From: Phoronis australis
Lineage: Eukaryota > Animalia > Phoronida
NCBI GenBank assembly: GCA_002633005.1
Contig: NMRA01000226.1
Location: forward strand, 285,461-349,460
Direction: 5' to 3'
DNA length: 64,000 nt
In this document: positions 13,071 through 25,898 of the stretch, in pieces
Position numbering within the stretch: the stretch's first letter is position 1
How the letters are laid out: the number at the start of each line of letters is the position of its first letter
Made by a program: the position numbers and the translations under genes
The notes under the pieces: generated by a model
What the model saw: the letters and a program-made list of their open reading frames with translations, nothing else
Told to the model about the DNA's origin: nothing
Database searches by the model: none

Positions 13071-15059
13071 AACAATATATTAATAAAGCATAAAATATTT
13101 CCAGGTGATCAGTGCAATGGGCCCACATGCGAGGCCTGCGCATGTCTGGTACAACGTGTATCAGACAGCCTGCAATTAGTTTTTATATAATACGTGTACA
13201 CGTACAGTAGGCCTTACGAACTATATCATTGTAGAGCATCTTCATTGCATTCTACGAGCCAACCATCAGTACATGTATATAATGGGATGCCCGCCCCAGA
13301 GAATCTATTTTACGGTCATGCGCGTTCATGTATAGGCGCATGTGCCTTTTTCCGGATATAGGTGTAGTTTTAAATACAGACGCATAGGCCTAAGTACGCC
13401 CATATACGGTAAAAATATCTCTGGAGTATAGGTCATGAATTTCGTTAGAAATGGTTACCGTAACATTTCAAAACATCAAAAACATTGCTTTCGCAGAAAC
13501 TGCCATTCCTAAGTTAGAGGCTCAATTTTTTGGTACTTCCATGTTTCCACCTTTTTGCAAGGTTAAATATCTATTCAATTCGTTTGCGCGCATCAATGGT
13601 GTCCAAAGTAGGAACCAAGTTTCAAGTTGGCGCATGTCAAACTATCCATCAATCTGTGAAAATGAAATAAATGAGCCAAAAGTCGTCAGGTTTCTGAATA
13701 TCGGCCCTTCGGACAATTGTCAGCTTTTGGGCAATCGTTCCTTCAGACTATCGACCATTCGGATAAACTATCGAGTAGACTCTAAACTACAGTAATCCTT
13801 GCTTTTTGTGACCGTATAGTGGTACGCTGTCCTGTAGCCAGCACTGGTTGGGGTTTGGTTCGAATTTCTAAAACGGTCAATCTTTTGATGATATTTCGCA
13901 CAAGTCGACACTGCAGGTTTTTCGATAGCCCCCTTGCGCAACTTAACTTAGCGGAAGGGAAATCTCTAGGAATATTGATGAATTATCAACCACGATGTAT
14001 TCACGTATTTCGTGTCAAGATCGCATAATTTCCTTGCACGATTGAAAAGTTTATCCGCTGCTCATCAACCTCACTCGGGGCTTCGGGCATGGCTGGGCCG
14101 AAATTAAACGTTGGCTACTCTATTCCTACCATGCAGTGTTCACCAAGACAGGGTGTCCCATCCAGTCTTCTCAGATTGGAAGGCGCCTTCTGATCGCCGT
14201 AGCCCTGCAATAAATATCACCGTGCCCCGATGTCTCTGGTTTGAGAATGAGCCGTTTTAGACGATGTATCTCGGTATTTTACTTCATACCTGCACACCTG
14301 AAGAAAGGAGACTGTTCCGAAATTACGAGCATACCAGTATCAAGCTTGCAAACAAAATGTCGGGTGGTGTTTTTAACGCGGAAGTTTTTAAGCATCGACG
14401 AAGGACTACCTAGAAACGTTACATGTATTGAAGTTCAAAGAATGAAAACGCACACACGCGTAAACACATCCATGTCAATCCACCAATCAATAACCGAAGA
14501 GTTCACTTGATGATCAACATATTTGACGATCACTTTCAATTTGAATTTTTTTAAAACGTCTGCACTTTACTATGCAGACAACTATACCGAATTAACAGAT
14601 AACAACCCATTCTCTACTGTTTTTTTAATTGATCGATTTTAAGACATTCACACAATACTTTTTGGGAGCTCTCTCGCTGCTATAAATGTATAGACATTTA
14701 CACTTCTTCGCCCTAGTTACCCTAAGATGTACTCACCACGCGCTTTTAATGTGCTCTGTTAGTCGATGGCTGAAACTGTCTATAATGCAAATCGTTCTCT
14801 AATCGACTGCGCGATCCTGTGATCTTCGCAAACACTGCATGTACTTGGCGAAGTTGACCTGGTACGGACCGAAGTGATTATGTAAAGCACTTTGAATCAG
14901 AACCAAATTCGAAATTATTACTAACTTGGTCATTAGTGCAGTTAGTAAAGCCAGAAATAACGGCAATAATTTTACTGTTATTGTTCATCTACATCCAATA
15001 CGTAACGGAAATTACAGGGTTGGACCTTTTTTGTTTGGGGGGCTACGGGCCTGGTATAC

Positions 15060-15410
15060 CGCGATCTCAAATAAATGCTTTGATCCTGGGAACATCCAAT
15101 AAGTGTAGCTTATTTGGTTACACGTCGTCTGCCGTAGACGCCATTCCCTCAGCGAACTCCAAAATATTACCCATACTGCTTTTCGTGACCAGTGGTGCCG
15201 CCCTCGATCGGGAATACCTAACGAACATTATTGCTTTTGTGTGCGTATAATGGTACACCACGATATCCAAGACTTTTGACCCTAGAAACATCCAATAAGT
15301 ATAGCTTATTTGATAACACATCGTATGCCGTAGACGCTATTCCCATAGTGAGCTCCAAAATAGTACCCATACTGCATTTCGTGACAGGTCGTAGCGCCAT
15401 CCTCGGCAAT
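15060..15410. repeat. Diverged tandem duplication, 2 units of ~196 bp; partial homologue at ~27680-27770
   Basis: aacatccaataagt.tagcttattt...ctccaaaata.tacccatactg..tttcgtgac occurs at 15091 and 15287. Confidence 0.75.
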
Positions 15411-16520
15411 GATTTATGAAATGCTACGTTGTATCAACAATAAGGTTTATGGGCTGGCGTTATCTATGATTGGGCTCACAGTCTTGATATCTTGGTTAAA
15501 CCTCTTCGTGCAGCAGTTCGCTTACCTCCACAGTACCGTGTATTATGATAACGTCCTTGTGGCATGCTAGCACGGGACTTCCGTCATTTTGGCTTTGAGG
15601 GAACACCACAGCAGTAACTATGGTGGGCGTGGCCTCACTGCGTTTGTCGGAACTACCAATTGCAGAGAAAAGACAGAGTACGCCTAACATTTGTCCCTTT
15701 TTACATGTAGTGTTCATCCATCAGGGATCATTTTAGAAAAACGTGTCCATGGGTCAAATGACCCGCAGAGACTCAATTCTATTGGTCAATTTACAGAACC
15801 TGTGTATAATGTTATTTTTGCCTTTTCCGATTCGACTTTAAGCAACATCTTTCAAGTCTGGATATGTTTACTATCTCGCTACGTTTTGCGACTAGCTTTG
15901 GGGTTAACTGCAATTTAATTGAATTAGAATTCCGCATGCATTGAACATGTATTTTTACAGAGAGCAGGGCATATTGTCTCCAATAAATAATTTGTAGCGT
16001 TAGTGGCAACGTGGGTGCAACATACATCATTGTTACATCTAGGTGAAAACAATGATAGTGACTGAAGGTGAAGTTTGAATTCATCTGAGCCCTCCGCCCC
16101 GTAATAATTTTTAGATTCATTAATTAGAACCTGATGTGCTTGACCCCATATCACTAGTATTGAGTTTGTTAGTTGATCAGATATTGTCAAGAATGTGTTA
16201 GTATATGAATGCAATGCATATCATTCCCGTGTGTGTTCACCAGCATAATTTTGACGTGCCAGTTAGCCCGGGTTAAGCAATTACGATGCGTCCACGTAAT
16301 GCACCAATGAAGCGGAGTGCACTCCTAAAATTACCCCTGATCCATGCGTTGACTTTACATAGCAAGTACGTTCATCCAACGCATGGTTGCCCGTCAAATG
16401 CTGGTTACTTCAATCAACGATTTTGGATTATTGACTAACAGCAAAGACCCAAACGGCTGAAGTGCATTACTTCATCCCGGAAGTTCATCGTGTATTCGTG
16501 TGCTGGTTTTTCAGTTAGTG

Positions 16521-19500
16521 ATGTTGTCCCTCGCGCTAGTCCTCTGCTTGGGGACCAGCGCCTGGTCTAAGGATATTCACGGAGGGGTGCCCATGGGTGT
16601 ACTCAACCCACTGTGCGACGATGGCAAGGTAAGGTTCATTAAATTAAACAAAGAATGTGTAGATCTAGGCTGTTTGCGGGTCCAACGTTGATCAGAAAGC
16701 TCCCAGATATCTAAGAGCAACGTTTGCCTGAAATTGCAGTACAGGTTTGGTCATGCAGCACGCTGAATTAACCGTTAACTATTCAAAAAGTAACTCCCAC
16801 TTCCTTTTTTAACATTTTCACAAAAGACGCAACCTCATGCTATGAATTACATTACAGGCAATTTCCAATACTGTGGTGTGTCACTCACTCTAATTGATTG
16901 TAAAGGAAAAATTAAAAAGCTAAAACCAAGGTGAAATTCAAATACTCAGATAAAAATGACAAACTTCTCCAAATCAAAAGTTGCAAAATGGCGATTTCTT
17001 GGAATCGAATAGAGAAATCCTTCAGTTTTCAGTTGGTAACTAAGGGCATTTACATAACGGTATCCTTTCGTCATTACGCAAGAGTAATCACTGGTTAGTA
17101 GAGTAATAACATCTGGGGGTATTTATTTTGTCATTCTCTGGTGAGTTATTGTGTGGTATTATACCGGTCAATTCCACGGTCACATGATTTAATTGATACT
17201 GAATAGTTATGAAACCGTCATGTCTCAGTGAGTTGATATTTAGAGAGTTGGAAAGAACTGAAATTAAACTTACTAGTAAAAACAGATCAAAGTCGTGTCT
17301 TCAATTAAGTATATGTATGTATATGTACATGCATATATCTCAATTAAGGGACTATCCAATTAAAACAAATTATTTTATAAAATATTTAGTTTCGGATATG
17401 CTACACATATGATTTATTGGTGATTGAATCTACCCAGTCAGACGTCACGAAAAGTGAAGAATGCTAAGGTGTGAATACATTTTATGTGCCCAGTGAACTG
17501 CGGTTGTCATCTGATGGCCACGTTATACGTGTCCAAGATATACAAACTGGAATCACCAAGATGAGTTTAGACGTGCGTGGACACTGCAAAATTGTTTTGA
17601 AATGTAATCTGAATTTTTGCACATGTCGGTAGGCTCCAGTGACCGACTTCGTATTGACTGAAAAGTGAATTGTAAAATCTAGTTCTTACTGATATTTACA
17701 GACAAATCTGACTGTTGACTGGGATTACACGAAGGACGATGAGTACGTCTGCAAAGGAGATATCCTCAACCCTATACAGGTAGTTTGCCACTATGGAACT
17801 TTTAGCGACTGAAACCAATAGCTGACTGTCGAAATAGCCGCGCCATTTTGAAATTCACTAACCGTCCTGACGGCAATCAGGTCTTTGATGGACAAGCGTT
17901 CACAGATCTCATGTAATGCAGACGGGAGGTTACAAAAAGAGTGACACCATTTTTACCATTATAATGCCGGCACATATCCACTGCTGTGTGGTGGAATGTA
18001 CTAATGACTTGTGAAAAAAGGCAAAAGCTTTGAAAGATCAATGGATGAACAAAGACATCGAGTTCCATACAATTCCTACTGCAATTAAGACTATCCGCGA
18101 CAAAGCCACAGAGTGGCTGTGGCTGATAAAGCGAGAGAATTTCGATCCCAGCCGGTGTCAAAAAGCTACAATAAATTGATGAACCTAAACTAATCAAACA
18201 ATGGAAGGACTGACAGTAGAATCCTTTTCTCTGCTTTTATATTGATGAACCACCAAATCCGAGTCGGCATCAATCGGAAATCACTTTAGTGCTACAGGGT
18301 TTTCCGTAGATAAACCCACCCGGTGAAACGCCTATGGGCATTTATTCGGAAAATTATACCAAATACACGCCCAGTGGGCGTCTTGAGACCATGCAACATC
18401 ATGCAAGGTCACAGACTCGTCCGTAATCCAAACTGCGCATAGATCGCTGTCACACTCTGTAGTGTTTAGTCTTGGGAACCAACCTGTCACAAAATGTTTC
18501 TTGAGTAAGCTTTCAAGCTTACTACCCTTCAAAAGTGGCGTCACCGTTGATGGTATTTTTACTAAAATAAGAATTTTACCCCGGGTATACAAAACACCCG
18601 CAAAATAAAAGGCTATATTGGCGACTCAGTCCAATATTCATACACTAGGTGACGCTTTCGCCAGATTTTTCTACGGTCAGGCAAAAATATTGACAGCGAC
18701 GACAGAGAAGAAAAAGTTAGAAAAATCTTCAGATATTGAGTAATTGAACTCTCCAACTGCTTTTTGTTTGTACTGAACTCCCGTGATAATCACTAAGGTG
18801 TTTATTCTTGGGGACTCCTATGCAGTTCATATCCATTACAGGTGCCCACCAAAGTCCAGTGTGAGCCTCTCCATCAGGTAAGTTACAATTCAAAAGTAAT
18901 TAAGCACTTGCTAAAATGAAGTCTGTCTGTTTGTCGTACAGGGACTAGAAATATGTTATGACAGATACTAGTGTTAGGGTTAGAAGTTGTTTCGCGTGCA
19001 AGTTTTATACTCACGGAATTATTGTTATATATATATATATATATATATAAATTGAACCTTGTAAACGTAGTGAATGCTTTCATGACATTTTCAAGATGTT
19101 TGAAAAACAATTACATATGACTGGAATTTTATTGACCATGCGTTCATTTTTCCATCATCCCTATACATGTATATCCTCATATTTCTTTTCAGCCATTGCA
19201 CAAGTGCATGACAACCCGAATCGAGTATTCTGATCCAATACCTATGAGGTGCGTTTACAGTGGCAGTTCGTCGAAGTACGCCACCGTTCATAATGTTTTT
19301 TTTGCAAACATCACGTAACCAGTTAAAATGAAGCTTTCACATAAGCAAACTATTATCTTGCTCAGGAAAAGTGCAGTGCTCTTACTGAGAATCATACATG
19401 GAAAACTTCGGGTTTCGTATCCTCAACCGAGATTTTGATGTCTTATGTTAACGATTTGTGCGCATATGCTAATTTCAAACGGTAAGTCATGTGACCCTCA

Positions 19501-22500
19501 TACTGGAGAGTGTTTGGTCGTATAACTGAAGTTCGCACATGCACTGATCATAACGCTTATTCCTCGTTCCGGCGTCCAGCGCGCAGACGGCTTAGTGCAA
19601 TCCAAAAATCTGTCAAGTTAATGACTGTTATTGCATCTTTATTTGGAAAGTACCGAGTTAAAGTTAATTTCGCGGTTGAAAGATCCTATAAGGAATACAT
19701 AAAACAACGTTTTGTTATTTTGTTATTATTATATACATATTAACTTAAATGTCTTGTAAGCAATGTATCATGAAGACAAACCTTCAATTTCTAAGAAAAG
19801 CTTTGGCGATGCTGCGCATTTACTACGAAGTAAAACCAGCGCAGCATACACGGAGAGTGAGCCTATAAATGTGTTTTTCGTTAGTGCAGAATGGCCGTGG
19901 AACCTAGAACTAAAAATAAAAGGATATAACCACGAAGTGACTTACCTGTGCTCCTACTGGCAGGCACAATCTGTTTTGTAATACGTTTATCGTATGCATC
20001 ACAACAACTTAGAGAAGAAACAATTTAAACATTAACATTAACCCTTCAGCGGGGGTGTAAATACACAAACGTATTTTAATAAAGGACATGCGCAGGAATC
20101 AACTGTATTCACACTTGTAAGTATTAGATTGTAAATTAAAAAGTCCGTCAACAGGCATCCATTTTTTCTGAAATGTTCATAATTCAGGCTCTTATAGTAA
20201 ATTACCTTTTCCATGTTATGCTATTCCAAAAATTCATCTTTCAGCCATTGCAAGCAGACAAACTTTTTAATTGCAATGACCCTATATTGATAATTTTTAC
20301 TTTATTATTTTGGCGAAACATGATGGTCATAATCTCAGCACAAATAAGGAACAGATAGGGAGAGAGAGAGGCTCCCTGACGGTAGCCGCGACCAATTTCA
20401 AAAAAACTGTAATTAAACGTGAATCCATGTTGCGCCCTTGTTCAGAAGGCGAACCCAATTTGCGATTTTTTCCAAAATTGAAAAAAGTTTTGTATATAAA
20501 TTTCCATGAGACAGAATGATGCTTTTTTGAAGTCTACCGTTACTAAGAGACTTGGGATACTATGTTCATTAGTGAAATGAAGTAGATCGCATATTGTTCT
20601 CGTATTTTCTCCAGTAAATCTCCTTTTTTTAATCCTGATTGATCGTTGCTAATTAATTTATTAATGACTGACTTATTACGTTGGGCGATACAGCCCGAAA
20701 AAATCTTGTAGCTCGTATTCAATAGCGAGATAGGGGTCCAATTTCCAAGATGCTCTCTGAATTTTTTTCTCTTAGGAATAATAGAAATGACACCTTGACG
20801 TTAGCTATCAGGTAAGCAATCCCCTCCTATTGAATGATCTTACCATAAAGGCAGGCAGAAATTTCTTTCCAAAAAAAAACAGGGAAGCCATCAGGACCTG
20901 GCGTTTTGTCGTTTTTCATCTGTCGCAGGCCCATTCTTCGTTGCTCAGTTACCCAACCTCGTTTTATCATGAGCCATGATAGTCTCAAGCTACTAGCCTT
21001 TTTGGAACACTACTTTAAATACTGATAGTTTTTAAAGAATGTGACACTTGGTAACGAAGTTAGACAATGACCTTACGAACCTTGTGATGTTCGCTTCTTA
21101 GTTTCAGCGGTCGAAACTGAGGGAAGAGAGAAAGATTCATTTAGAGCCATAATTATCAAAAAACATGAAAACGTTACCTCAAGGATGGCTCTAGGTAAAC
21201 CCTGTAAGTTGTGAAGCCGTGAAAATCAGATGCTATCAAAACAGCTTAAAACTGCATATTATCATTACAAAAATAAGTACATTTTAAATTATGAAAAGAA
21301 CATTGTTCACAGTAGCTTTAAGAATCCCTTTGAACCGTCCTCGAGTAAGACTCGTTGTGTATCAATTTTGAATTCGGCGTTCCATTCAAACGCTCGTCTA
21401 GCCGCTTTTCCCTTCATTCTAGTGGGGCTCATCGACCCATTCGGCCTGTGTACGGAGAATATCGGTATCTTCCACCTCAGAGATGGCTACATTCTTTAGA
21501 GGTAAACATTTTTGCGATTGTTACGTTACTGAGGAAAATGGACTGTGGACTGAAAATTACAGTATTCAAAACAAAGAGATAATTTTATGTTGAACACCTC
21601 ATGGGCGAAGCAGCACTGAAAAAAGTAGGGAGCTATAGCCCCCCCCCAGCCCCCTATGGTGGGCGCCCATACACCTATTGCATAGTTGTAACAGTTCGAG
21701 AGTGAAAAAACGTGACCACTGGATTGAGAAGCGGGACGGGATAGAATGTTTTCTATCCACACGTCTCTGGGTCTGTGCCAAAACGCAAGGTTGAAATGCT
21801 CGCCGAAACACAAAAACCCGACTGCATCTTTTGTCGAACCTGAGACGTAACACCCAAAAGCGTCTGAACGCGTTCTTTGTTTTATTTAATGGAATGAGAA
21901 ATTGCAGGTATCGCAAAAACCTATGAAAATTCCCGTCTTTTGTTTAATCGAATACGAAAATAGGGCACTGTCGTGTGGGGAATAGCAATGCAGTATATGA
22001 TAATATGTCAAAAAGCGGAACATTTTGATTGTGTGGAGGGGATGGCGGGAAAATTTCAAAAAGTGGCCGCCATTTTGCTAAAAGTATGTCAATAGTAAGC
22101 TTCCAAACATAGTGTCGAAACACTCTGCTTCGCTCGTGATTTTGAGAATTCTTGAGAGATATTGCTTTTCTCGCAAGAAACCGGGTCTACGGATCATTTC
22201 CAGGCTTCCCTTGATCCTTTAAACAGCATCCAATGAACTAATGACCTATACAAGTTTTATCACCCTTCCAGTATTTTAAACCTAGTTACACCGTTTCAGC
22301 ATGGTGCAATAGCGATGCTGTATCACCCGTGTGCTAATAAAGATGAAGTCCAGCAACTGCGACACTTGGTGACGGGCTGCTTGTGGCGCCACGTGATCAC
22401 GCCATCCAGAAGATTGTCACCGGAAAAGGTAACGTCCCATATAACACGAGTGGAGGGGATAACTCCTTACACTCGGTGGATGATTCGATATTTATTTTTC

Positions 22501-25500
22501 GTATATACACATATTTAGGCCCAAGTGCTACAGTATATTCAAAGCCTCAAGAAATCTGGGAATACGGTAAATACATGTACAGTTGAGTCTTACTATGCTT
22601 GATAATGGACATAGGAGCATCCCTTTTATTTTTGAAGCCTTTTCTGCCGAAGGATATCTCAAACCTTATCCACCAAAATTGGTCATTTTACAATATCTCA
22701 CATATGTCTAACAAAATACTATATCTTTATTCTCGGAGAACTTCAAATACGAAATACATACCGATTAGTGTGAAAAAAGGTTTAGCAGAACTACTTTGGA
22801 ACCGCACAACAGTGTGAAAATTTGTTTACTACTTATTCGAGGTAAAATGTTACGCGACTGTCACTCAAATCGAATCTCCAGCCAGACACAAAGCAGCTTC
22901 GCATGTACCCACAGTCCTTTCATTCCCCGAGTCGCCATAATATTGCATCAAGGACGAGTAATTATGATGTACATGTAAAGATGCCGGGGAAAACTAAGAC
23001 AAAACGTAGCTTTGATACAAGATAATTTTGTGTTGGCGTTCATACGTTGGTTGAGAACGAATGCTACGATTCCCCTCCCACCTCTGTGACTTTGTGTTCA
23101 CGAACACAGCAAGTTGTGAAAAGAGATAAATCCTGAGCCAAAATCCATAATTTTTGTGATTTGACATTTTGCTGTTTCGATCTGATGCTCACGGCATGCT
23201 TTAACCACCCACTCGATTTCTGTATTCATTTCGTACTTGGTTTTCACATCAGTCTCCCAGCGCGTGATGTGTCTGACAATGAACTGTTGACCTACTTTAA
23301 AGTGGACCACAATAAACCAGTTTGACCCACTTAAAATGCTGGCTCCTCCGCCAGTTACCGCGTTGGATTCGATGCACTGGATATCGTCTAGGTTTAGATT
23401 AAAGGTTTTGGTGATAATTAAGGTAAGTACGCACTGCAAATTTAGACAACATTGCGCTTGAATGATGAAATAATGAACGTAGCTGAAAGGTGTATAGGTT
23501 GTGTTGACCAAAAACAAGTTTACACCGAATAATTAACCGAAGACCTTGAGACTTTAACCTCATTCTCGGATGCAGCAAATTGACTTAGTTGGAAGTTAAG
23601 AACACGATTTCTCACGAACGGCTCGGTGGATATCGCAGAAACTTACCAAACTTAATATTTATTCATCAAAAACGATGTTACGATTTACGATGTAGTTTTT
23701 GCGTATTCTAGCAAAGACGTCTTGCTAGTTGATTTGTCATAGAAATCAAACGAAAAGACTAATCGAAAATTCCCTATAGCGTTTTTGAGATAACTATCCA
23801 ACACCTAGGCCAAACTAAATTCGATTGAGAAAACTCTACATAAATCATGTCAAATACCACTTCAATTATAAAAACAAAAAACCTTGGAGACATATCAGTG
23901 CAGGCTGCTAATGTTTGTACTATAGCGTAATGACTCCCGGTTGAGATTAGAAACTGGACGAGAGCCAGTCTTGTGAACATACCATACGAAACCCTTAGGT
24001 TCCAGATTCAGCATCACCGTTGCTTTGTTTCGTTGCAGCCCCTTGCACTGGTCTCCTGGGGTTGCAGATTGGAACTGAGTCACTACGACCATGAAGCGGC
24101 GCAGAGTTTCATTGTTGTAAGTCGTTTTGCGAATATTAATGTAATTATGGTAAAACTAAATCCTGTTAAAGTTAAAAGTGATTTATCATTTGGTGTTTCA
24201 ATTTGTTGAATGCGTACTGAATGTTCGTTAAAATGACGTAATCGACTGACGATCGTAGACAACAGTTGGTTGCAGCTTCTTTATGAATAGCACTTCGATA
24301 TTCCTACATGAACGTGTTTTACATATTGTTTTGTTTTTGCAAAAATGTGCCGGGGGAAAGGTCCCAGCTGTTGAACTACGCGACCTTCAAATAACATCTT
24401 AGCTCGCACTCCAACCGCACTATGCCTAGCACGTAATTTACTAGTGTTCAAGCGAAACCAGTTGCCTACCGGAGCAATCTTGGTCCTCTGAAAGTACTCA
24501 ACTCACTTGGCACACGCGGCAGTAGAACGCTCGATTTCGTTCCCAAATGCTTATTCTACAAAGGTTATTCCTCAAATACATTGTATGCCTGTGCTCCGGC
24601 TGTAAAAGCCTCTTTTTCACATACCCGCATCAGATCATTGACCCATAGTTTTTCACGCTAGATCTGGCCCATCACCGCTATCCAGTCTGCCTTCTATTTC
24701 ACAGCGCTTGACAACAAAACAGCTGATGACGTCGCCTTCTCGATTTCTTTAACTTTGACCAAAAGGCTTATTAGGAATCAGTAATTCACAATCAAATATA
24801 AAAACTAATGGTTTGGCTCTTTTTAGCTTTGGTCTAAGATAATATTTCCAAGAAGCATGGGCGGCGCACCATAGGGAATGGGGGAGTTATAGCCCCCCAC
24901 TTTTTTCAGTGCTACGCTGCACATGGTCTATAGGTGATGCACCACAGGGAGGCTAAGGGGCTTTAGCCCCCACTTTTTTCAGTGCTGCGACGCCCATGAG
25001 AAGTCAACCGAAACCAAAATAAAATCTAAAATGCTTTGATTATATGCGTTTAAGCGTTGAATATTAATGTGGATGAACTATGTTGGAATGTAAGATATTC
25101 CGTTACCATATCAGTATCTGATACATGTACGAGTGAAAATTAAAGTACCTTTTACGTTGTGAACTTTCAAGAGAGAAGTTTAGAACTAGTTTTAGCGTAG
25201 AAGGGATAAAGGATAGACCGCCGGAAGATAGCATGTCAAGGATGAAGATTGTTGTGTTAAAAGTGACATTCTGTAACCTTACAATAGCCCAAATGCAGAA
25301 ACGTATTGCGCATGTCAGGAAGTATTTGAAGCATTGCGTACTGGGATTGACCCGGGCAGCCCGCCTTGAATAAGGAAAGCGCTTCTTAGACCTTTCCGCG
25401 AGCGCTCCGAATTGTTAGATGTGGCTAAAGAATAATGTTTCCCATCTTGGTTTTGTTGGCGATGCAGCTTGAGAAATGCTCGCTAAAAAGGAAAGTGCTT

Positions 25501-25898
25501 TCCCCTAGCCCTATTTTATGTTTTCATATACATTTTGTGGATATGCAGCTATAGCTTTGACATATTTTTCCGGGACAATGCAAAGTGGTTACCAGGGTCT
25601 ATTCCAGGATGCACCGTGGCACCAGAGGGCGCTGCTTTCAAAATGTCGGATCTGCATATCGGCTATTTGTACAGACTTCGCTTTTCTTGCTTAATTAGAA
25701 CGCAACCTGTTGCATAAACTCTGAAATAACATTTCTATTTATATTATGTGCGTTTGATTTCAGAATCACGCTAAGAAGGGTGGAGAACACACTTCAGATG
25801 ATGGGCAATATAAGTTGGGATTGTTACACAAGTCTGTTATCGTGTGTGGACAAAACGACGACAACCTATGTCTCGTAGACCCCAATATCAAGTGTTAG
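16521..25898 (+). CDS. TP53I13-like: DUF3105-domain / TP53I13-like secreted protein, copy B (complete, 232 aa; exons 16521-16628, 17702-17779, 18842-18877, 19193-19248, 21423-21501, 22300-22428, 24039-24116, 25764-25898)
   Basis: Eight exons with canonical GT-AG introns sum to 699 nt with no internal stop: [16 protein letters not shown] (signal-peptide-like) [20 protein letters not shown]|TNLTVDWDY...|[12 protein letters not shown]|[19 protein letters not shown]|[26 protein letters not shown]|[12 protein letters not shown]...|[16 protein letters not shown]...|NHAKKGGEH...[17 protein letters not shown] at 25910-25915. The start codon is the least certain part. Confidence 0.9.
17830..18290 (+). 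repeat. Dispersed ~460-bp repeat, second copy at ~28220-28720
   Basis: Shared tgaaattcact..gacggc.atcaggtctttg.tggacaagcgtt...atggatgaacaaagac...ggctgtggctgataaag...aaactaatcaaa. Confidence 0.7.
19026..19048. repeat. (TA)n microsatellite
   Basis: Direct reading. Confidence 0.9.
21600..21671. mobile_element. 72-bp MITE with 5-bp TSD (hAT5-like)
   Basis: Ends CATGGGCG / CGCCCATA; TSD CACCT; empty site in copy C at ~32600 (tgaacacctgttgcatag). Confidence 0.85.
24856..24998. mobile_element. Dimeric copy of the same ~70-bp MITE, 5-bp TSD
   Basis: Ends CATGGGCG / CGCCCATG; TSD AGAAG; internal tagccccc(c)acttttttcagtgct occurs twice. Confidence 0.8.

Noticed and set aside
15118-15717. Repeated minus-strand peptides (MGNILEF.., RKAVWVIFW) as a hidden gene
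   Set aside because: No frame stays open across all three repeat copies and no consistent splice sites were found.
23098-23517. 139-aa minus-strand ORF with faint LINE C-terminus-like wording (RWETDV...EW)
   Set aside because: TTG start, no convincing motif, antisense within an intron of copy B.
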